Assembly: GCF_006345805.1 (NCBI RefSeq)
Contig: NW_021825821.1
Coordinates: 624,009 to 688,008 of the forward strand
From: Octopus sinensis
Lineage: Eukaryota
Length of the DNA stretch: 64,000 nucleotides
Direction of reading: 5' to 3'
Position numbers and translations under genes: made by a program. Below are positions 55,773 to 64,000 of this stretch, piece after piece. The notes beneath the pieces were generated by a model. That model searched no databases. It saw nothing but the letters and a program-made list of their open reading frames with translations, and was not told where the DNA came from. The number at the start of each line of letters is the position of its first letter. The first letter of the stretch is position 1.

Positions 55773-57508
55773 ATGGCAGATAAGAAACGGTTCCATGGTA
55801 ATTTTAGATTTATTAAAGTATGATAGTCGAATTGGAAAAAACAGTGAGAGCTTATCTGGATTCCATTTCCATTTTTAAGGAACTTATATTCAATGTATCT
55901 GATATAGTTTAATTTCAAAAGTACGAACAAACAAGGGATCCATCAGTTAGAGACAAAATAGAATTTAAAATAAAGCCCATCACTTCAGAAATAAAAAAAT
56001 ATCTTGAAAAATTCACATTGTGGCATTCTCCTGCAGAGATTTCAAAAAACAGACAATCTTTAGCTGACCAAAATATGATTGCCGAAAAAATTGGGGAAAT
56101 AAAAACCGTAATTTTTTTAAAGTTATCAATTATCAGATTATGGAAAGATATAAAAATATAGAAACTATGTTCAACAAAACCCAAAGTGAAATCCAACAAT
56201 CCTCGGCTCCAGTACTACGCGACCAAAATTTGAACTGGCTGTTGGTATAATTTGAATTTGTCAATTTGTAGGATCTAATAAGACAACTCAAGAAATATTT
56301 GAAAATTCAAGAACGTGAACTTTCCGGCTTGAGTGGAGCCAAAAACCGTGATTTGCGAACTGTAATTTTATTTGAATATTTTGATCAGTACATGAGGTTT
56401 AAAACGAAGCAAATTTGTGCCCACATTGACAAACTGGACAGTATTCTGGCGCAATACCAACTCAATTCCGTGGAAGTTGCCTTGGTCTATTTTTGATGTG
56501 TTTTCATATTAAAGATCGAAAAAAATAAAGATTCGATCAATAATTTTATAAATGGGCTGGTAGGTGGAGAGAACTTGGCCGATGATCCAACAGTTTACGG
56601 AGAACTGAACGACGGTTGGTAATTTAGCTGAATTTATCAAACAGTCGGTCTTCCACTCCTTTGCCAGAAAATGCCCCAAAATCAATTTTCAGGGGATGGA
56701 GTTAAAATTATAAGACGCCGTTCGCCAGAGTAGATATGTTAATATATTTCAGACCAACTACCCCGTCGCCCACCACAGTAGGAGCCCATTCGTTCACACC
56801 CGCGTCTAGTACTGGAGTGCTACAAGAAGTATTCCGTGTTTACAGTGTTCAGGAAACCAGCAAATTTGAAGTGCCTTTTGGAAAGAAGTTTTATCCACGT
56901 GTCGAGTCAGAAGGGGATGGTTATTAACTGACAATTATTTTAGTTGAGTTTCAAGAAGTTCCTCCAGAATCTGAAGTTCCAAAGGACGTCTACGAATCAA
57001 TGACAAAGGATGAAAAAAGACGTGTTAATGCACTAATCAAGTCTAATTACGATCAGACATTATATTATGTAAACGAAAAACTTCCGTATACCAAAATTAA
57101 AATATTTTTAGTTTTGTTTTATATTATGCTGCCGTTAAGACACCTGATTGTCATCCAGTGGGAATTAATAGCCATATGATGACTTTCAAATTCTACATTC
57201 AATTGGATTCAGAAATGCTATTTGTCTTATTTTACTATATGGAGGTTGACTGGAGATTACTTATTTGTAGCAAACACTTGTCCAATATATTGCAGTCAAG
57301 GCTTTAAAGGCCAGGGGTTGGGTATTTCTTCCCGATAATGTTACTTGGTATCGACTGGTGTGCAAAGACACAGTTGTTATTTGTTGGTTTTAAGACATAG
57401 GGCTTGTATGTGTTTTTCGACTATGTTGAGTGGAATGAAGTACATATAAGCGGGAGTTGTGTTAATGTGAAGAATTTTGAAAACTCTGATGATTTTAAGT
57501 GTCTTTAA
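55773..57508 (+). CDS. CNOT3: CCR4-NOT subunit Not3, compact
   Basis: MADKKRFHVELEK, MERYK, NWL..I, HIDKLDSIL; NOT box LDSEMLFVLFYYME..QYIAVKALK..W..GLYVFFDY. Confidence 0.88.
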
Positions 57509-57928
57509 TTTTTTTACTGTTGGTTTGTATTTATGTTTTATTTGAGCTATACTATTTGAAAAATGTATGATTTTAAGTATACGACAAGTAATGACGTCTG
57601 AACGGCTGTTTAGTATTTGCAAGGAACAAAGTTAATTTATTAATTGAATGTTTAATTTTGTTCTTAATTTACTCAATATGTTCCATATGGAAAGGTAACA
57701 TATGTGAAATTCAATTTGAATATGATTGTTTCTCGATGAGATATATTCTTGTTTTTATTACTAAACTATATTTTTGGAAAAGTCTTCAAAGATTAAAAGT
57801 TGGAATTTTTACGATAACACGTTAAATTATATTAACGGATTGTCAGAATGACTAGAAAATATCTTTTATAGTCATTTAAGTGCAATCGATTTTACGATTG
57901 ATTTATAAATTACTTTTTCGCGTAAAAA

Positions 57929-58916
57929 ATGAAAGAAATGGGTATTCGTTCTCAGAAATGTTATCTTGTGTTGTTTAATATTCCGATTTTTGTAATTATC
58001 GAATATACATTATGTTAACTAGGCAGTTGGTTTGACAATTCTCGGAATTGGCATTTTTTTGTTAGTGGGAGATCCTTTATTCCATTTAATATCAAAAAGT
58101 GCATCCCCGGATGCGGCAAATGCATTCAAGATGATAAAAATATTTGGATCTTTATCAGGAATAATGTATTTCATTCTCGTATTAGGACCATTTATAATTT
58201 TAACTGGATTTTTTGGGTGTTGTGGAGCTATAAGAGAAAACAAATGCAAACTGACAATAGTATGTATTTTATGGTCATATATTATAGTATGCATTTATAA
58301 TTACTTTATTACTTTTTTCAATTATTGTGGGAGTTATAAGTTTTTTTGCAATGAAAGACAAAGTATGCTAATTATAAATGATCACAAAAGATATCAAACT
58401 ATGCTAAAATTTATATTCGGAAAAATATTTTTGATAATTACAACAAATCAATAACATACACAAACATTGTTGATAGCATAGAAATTTCCGTAATCATAAT
58501 TATAATAAATGTTGCCAATTAGTTACAATGTTGTGGAGTCTACAACTCTACTGATTTTAAAAATCTTACATATTGGGATTCCACAGCAATTGTCGACGGA
58601 AAAATTGAAACTGTTCCTTATCCTCCTTCTTGCTGCAAAGGAAATATTCAAAACGTTAACCAACTGACAAATGCAAACTTTACAGCTTGTCTAATGACCA
58701 ACCAATACGATGAAAAATATTCAAATAGTAAACAGGTCACTTCATATTTGTATATTTTAGGGATGCTTTGATAAAATTTGGGACAAAATTCGACCATTTG
58801 AAATGTTTATTAAAATCGGAATAGCAGTAATTGCACTTCTAATGGTAGGACATTTTTTATTATATTTTTAGCTTATGACTGACATAGTTACAATTTACTT
58901 CCTTAGAAAATTATAA
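57929..58916 (+). CDS. Tetraspanin
   Basis: Four TM segments, GFFGCCGAIREN, LQCCG in the large loop, PPSCC. Confidence 0.88.
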
Positions 58917-59122
58917 TTTTTTGTTTCTTTAACATTACTTAATACTTTATGATTCAGGAATTTATTATTTTATGATTTCAATAAATGATTTTAACATCTA
59001 ATAAAATGAATCAGCTTGTACAGATTGATTTTGTTGATCTTTAATTTTTCTAATTAACGATAAATTATTTTAAGGGAATAATAGAAATCGTTAATCAGAC
59101 TATCGAACCACCATTTCTCAAT

Positions 59123-59850
59123 CAGTCAAACCTCTATTGCTCACCAAATTCTAAATCTTGCCACTATTTTTATTATTAAAAAAATCTTTTTTGGTTAAAC
59201 TAACTTTTAATACAAGATAATTTTAATCACGCTTTATCCAACATGCGCAAGTGTACTAGACTAACATTTAATGAAAAAAGATGCATAATAGCATACATCG
59301 ATGATGACAAACATATGACAATGGAACATATAGCCTCTGTTTTTTCCTCAATCTTTAGAAAAAAAATTCACGGTGATCAATTAATGATCTACGGCTTGAG
59401 AAACAAAAAAAATACTTTTTACTCAGCCAAAAAACGCCTATTCAATTCAACATATTCAACTATTGATACACAAGTTATGACATGGATGGAACATATCGAA
59501 CCTCGTGCCAGATTCTTGACGATAATTCTATTCTTTTCAAAGCAAAAAAAGTCGCCGACATGGGAATTACTGATTTAAGGCTAGAAATGGCTGGCTTTTT
59601 AAATTCAAGAAACGCAATAATATTAAGTTAAGAACTCTTCATGGAGAGTCTTATATGACGGAAGTAAACATTGAAGATGAAATCAATTCTTGTATTTAAG
59701 TAATTAGCACAAAACTGCAAGAATATGGACCCAAAAATATTTATAATGCGGACGAAACAGGAATATACTACAAAAATATACTCTTAAAAAGTGTTCGTCA
59801 GAAAATTTCTCATGAAGTCAAATCAACCTGTTTTAAGTTATTCAGAAAAT
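59123..59850 (+). mobile_element. Tigger/pogo remnant
   Basis: cagtcaaacctct terminus-like sequence, CENP-B-like HTH, RNGWLFKFKKRNNI, IYNADETG. Confidence 0.7.
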
Positions 59851-59982
59851 AACCAAGAAAACCAGTTGTATATTAATCCAAAAAAGGAATAAAAAATGTA
59901 AAAGAAATTTTATTAGCAAAATGAAAATTTGATATTAATTCATTACATATTAATTTAAACGAGCTGTAAAAAGCGCATATAA

Positions 59983-62980
59983 TTAATTCGCGGCTGACGA
60001 CATAATCGAATAGGCATTGCCGCGAACAACGGCCAAACCTATTCTTTGTCGAAGCCATGTGGGTTCCCTCCAGTCGTTTTTTATATGAGCGATTTTACGT
60101 CCGATTTCTTTAAGGAATGACTCAGTTACAGTTCCTGTGACACCCGAAGTCTCGACTGCCACAGGAACAAAGCGGTACGAATCCCCGATTGTGGAATATT
60201 TGGCAATTTTTGCTTTTTCAGCAAAGTTAGCGGCCGATCCAGGTGAACGCAAAGAAATGTTGATGTTCTTTCGAGTGAAAGTGTCCACGCATGTCGAGTC
60301 CCAAACTAGTGGTTTTCCCCCAGAGTAGGGGAAAAGAGTCACTCCATCTGGCCTTTTCCCATCATTACGGTTAAGACCCACAGGTTCCAGTCTTGCTGGG
60401 AATCCTGCTGCCTCTAGGGCACGTCGTATCACATCATTCAATGCGGCATGTCGAGGGGTTCGACCTGCACTTCTTCCGCAGGATAGAGGGTGCAGTCCTT
60501 TGGCATCAACAAGGCCTCCGCAACGACAGCCGTGAACTTGGCAAATATCCAGTCCCAGACGAAGTGCTACACCGATTCTCATAGAATTATTGTCCAATAG
60601 ATTGCCAAGAGCAGGACACGGGAGAGCATCAAGCCACGCGCCACTATGATGGCGTGCTCCGGACAAGAGACATGTGAGTCGATGCTGATTGGCCCTCTGT
60701 TTGTATTTTTGGACGATGTCGTTGCATAAAATCGAATCCCAGTTAGTCTGTTTGAATGTCTCCGCCGGAATCATCAACCCAGTTCCACTCCATCGTTCAC
60801 AAGCTCTAGCGAACTCCGGCTCCAAGGAAAATTCAGAAGGGTTACGTAGAATTTCCTGGACCAGATCCCGGCTGCTTGAGAGCGACGAGAGATAAGCTGG
60901 TGCTGCTACTTCCAATGCGGACCTGAGGCCAACTCCACCCAATTTCGTTGGCAGTTTACACTGAATCCATCCCAGATCATCAAAACGAACGTTTAAAATA
61001 GTTTCGGCCGTGTCTTTCAGTGTCTGATCAAGTAATAAGAGGCTGTCTCGTTGTGCATAGCAAGGGCAGCTCCTTAGAGCATAAAGAAGTCTTGGCATGC
61101 AGATACTCGCTCTCATGAGAAAAAACGCAGTATGCGCATCAAGGAGGGATATTCGTTGTGTAAATAGTGATAGGTTTTCTGCCTTCCTCCAAAGGTGTTT
61201 ACGCAATTCTGCGTCACCAAGTGGACCACCGAGGAAATATACCTCGTCCCGAGCCGTGGTAGAAATCCCTTTAAGCAAATGGTTGAACTGTTGAGTAATT
61301 CGCATGAATTCGTCATTGGAGTACGTAATATTGATCAATTCCGATTTGTTTGTATTAATTTCCAAACCGAGGCTTTTCAAAGCAGGAGCAATTCGCGAAA
61401 TTCCATCGTAAACAGATTCCCAAGTTCCACCGATAGTGGCATCGTCGAGATACCAGAGATTGAGTTCAGTTCCAGTTGAACGTGCAACATCATCGATGGC
61501 CAACGAAAACAGTAAAGGTCCTAGTGGATCTCCTTGCTGTACTCCACTTCGTGACTTGATAATTTCGTTACCGAAGACTAGAGACGATTCTTTCCCATAA
61601 GAGAGGTTAACTATCTGAATTATCTCCGGAACTCTCTTCCAGCACGATTCCATAAGTCGATCTCGTCGCAGTGTGTTGAAAGCATTAGATATGTCTATTT
61701 TGAGCCCCATGCGGGGGGTTTTCGCACTACAGCCAAAGTAGCACAGAGGCCTCACATCCATTTGTAATACCGACTCCCAATTGGACTGGCGAAAGTTCTC
61801 CGCTTATCCGCGGACAGACTCTTTTAGCGACAATCTTTGCCGCAAGTCTTCTGAAGTAATTACCAACTGCGATCGGTCTTACTCCCCCGTCCTTCTTTTT
61901 AAAGGCCAATAGGTGCGCGGAGAATAGTAGTTCCCTTGCATAAGAAGGGATCTTTCCATTGACAATTTTAGAAACCAGCGACGTAATGGATTTAACCAAA
62001 TTTGAACTATGAACTGATCTCGCAGTAAGATCTTTGACATGTCCCGGTCGCAGGCCCTCCAAGCCTCCACTGCTGCTTAGAGCAAACGACGCGATTCCGG
62101 AAATCACCTCCTGTTCGGTGATGATAATGCTGGGCAAATTTTCCGGCATAGCGAATTCTTGGTAGTCCGTAGGTGGGTAAGGGTGTTTACGTATCAGATG
62201 TTCGATCACTGAAGGAGTCGGGGCTAAAACCGTATCATCGTTGCTCACGACGCGCAAAGCAGCACGGATATCACCCTCAATGAGTTTCCTATTCACTCTG
62301 TCTCTTATGCTATCCTGGTTTAGAGTTATATTTCGTCTTTCATTCAGCTTTGTGTGGTGTACTTTGTCATCAATTGATTTTATATTTCTCTTGATAATAC
62401 AGGATATGGACTCATTCTGCGTAGCGTTTTTGAATTGTACTCCAAGAGCAAGAGGTGCAAAGCTCAGCAATTGAACCCAAGAAGCCAAGCTGTTAGTGGA
62501 GAGAGCATTATCAATTAGCTGGCTAAGACATGAAGCAGCTGAAATACGGGCGGATTTCGGAATCCTTAGAGGAATCTTCCTGGACTTCCGTAGCTCCGAT
62601 AGGTGTAGAAGGATGAGGTCTGTATTTGAGGGAAGATCAGGCTGGTTAGGCGCAATATTTATTTCAGGAGGATTGAAATTTCGGTTTGTACAAGAACTCA
62701 TGCATCGACGACAGTCCCATTTGTATAGCGTCTTTGCTGCTTTGTTGGTGATTTTAATACATGAAAGATGGAAAAATTCACCGCAAGATGAACAGTTCAT
62801 GCCAAACCGGCGTTTGTTGCTCAGTTCGCAGAAAGAGCATATCGTGTTCTCTCTTTTTGGAATGATGTTCGGAATGATAGTTTCACTTAACAACATGCAT
62901 TTTTCTTCATTGTCGTTGTCCGTAAGCATCAAAGTTTCTTGCTTATTCACAGCAAAATTCAACCCCACATCAGCCATCAC
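59983..62980 (-). mobile_element. Near full-length CRE-type non-LTR retrotransposon (PHD + RT + CCHC + RLE), one frameshift near 61730-61760
   Basis: PHD-like C-x2-C..C-x2-C..H-x2-C..W-x-C-x2-C; RPIAVG, KIDISNAFN, QQGDPLGP, YLDD, GGVGLRS, CRCG..RHAALND, KRPDG, AVETSG. Confidence 0.92.
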
Positions 62981-63800
62981 GTAATCACGATTTCTGAGTT
63001 GTCAGTCATTTAGTTTCCCCATTGTGACATGGAGTCTCAAATATCAGAAAAGATGGTCACAGTAGATATGGATAGTATTTAACCCTTTTGGTCGCTTGCC
63101 GTTAACTATCGGTGTTACGACACTCGGGCTAAATCGATTTTGCGCGATCGTTCTAAGCCTGGTATCACTCTCAGCCGTTGACAAGAATTTCTTAATTTTT
63201 TTACAATTTTAAATTTTTAAATAGTTAATCATAATTTAATTACGTATATAGATCACAGACAAAAAAATTAGAGACAAAAAATTATTTGGATTACAGACAA
63301 AAAAATTAGGTATATAAATTTCATTTTTTGGTAAACAATCCGAAATGCAAAACATCTGTTGCTCGGCAAATTCTAAATCTCGGCAGGATTTGGTTGGTCT
63401 CAAAAATAAAGAGATTTAAAGGTTTGATTTTAATATAATTATAATTTCTGGCGAAAATGAAATAATAGTTGTTATTGTTTGAAACAATAAAATTAAAAGT
63501 TAAAAATTCATGTTTCTATAACAATAGTTCATATGAAAAATTCCTGCATATACTTATAGTTTAATTTTTGTTTTAGTTCTTGAAAAATTTTGTTTCCATT
63601 AAGAAAATATATTTACATGTAATTAGATTCAAGTTAGAGTACAATATTGTATAAGAAAATATTTTTAAAAATGCAATTTTGGAATTATTATTTTATTAAT
63701 CTTTGATAACTATATTATAAATTAATTTTATAATTAAATAATTATTTTAGAATGGCAAACATATAATATATGACGCGAAAATAAGGCTAAAGTCTTTGTG

Positions 63801-64000
63801 ATGGAATTTACTGGTAGGAGACGCGAGAAAAGTCTAGGATTATTGACATCAAAATTCATAGACCTTATAAAATCCTCAAAAAATGGCTTACTTGATTTAC
63901 GAGAGGTTATTTTAAGTCCAAATAACCCCAAATTCCTAGGCAGCCTGGAAATTATCGGTCAAACAGAAACGTCGCATCTACGACATAACCAACGTTCTAG
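63801..64000 (+). CDS. E2F4/5-like transcription factor, 5' part only (runs off the window)
   Basis: REKSLGLLTSKF..GLLDL / intron / QKRRIYDITNVL. Confidence 0.9.
   Translation, partial: MEFTGRRREKSLGLLTSKFIDLIKSSKNGLLDLREVILSPNNPKFLGSLEIIGQTETSHLRHNQRS

Noticed and set aside
63060-63180. HDV-like ribozyme upstream of the CRE, or a piggyBac end (TTAA-CCCTT at 63079)
   Set aside because: P1-like and J4/2-like pieces are present but P2/P3 spacing does not fit; no partner piggyBac terminus in the window

Overview
AT-rich eukaryotic genomic DNA. It is almost certainly from a highly derived animal with miniature spliceosomal introns (mostly 22-35 nt, one of 19 nt). A dicyemid mesozoan or a myxozoan would fit, but the taxon is an inference. 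Host genes, reconstructed by hand across micro-introns that the ORF track misses or splits: seryl-tRNA synthetase, a catalytically degenerate histidine acid phosphatase-like membrane protein, a tail-less CenH3-like histone, GUCD1, a DNAJC5/CSP-like co-chaperone, DHX8/Prp22, PPIL2, eIF2B-delta, a four-copy tandem array of TspO-like multipass membrane proteins (two copies broken by independent Tc1/mariner-superfamily insertions), SARM1, a secreted EF-hand protein, CNOT3, a tetraspanin and the start of an E2F4/5-like gene. The intergenic space is packed with transposons: a near full-length PHD-RT-RLE CRE-type retrotransposon and about ten short or rearranged CRE derivatives, R4-like, RTE-like and APE-type LINE remnants (one with a 2A StopGo motif), Tc1 and pogo elements, and a three-level nest of an IS630/Tc1-like element and two Ginger-type elements. 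No tRNA, rRNA or CRISPR was recognised. Coordinates of degenerate TE fragments are approximate. Family assignments rest on motif recognition from memory, not on database searches.
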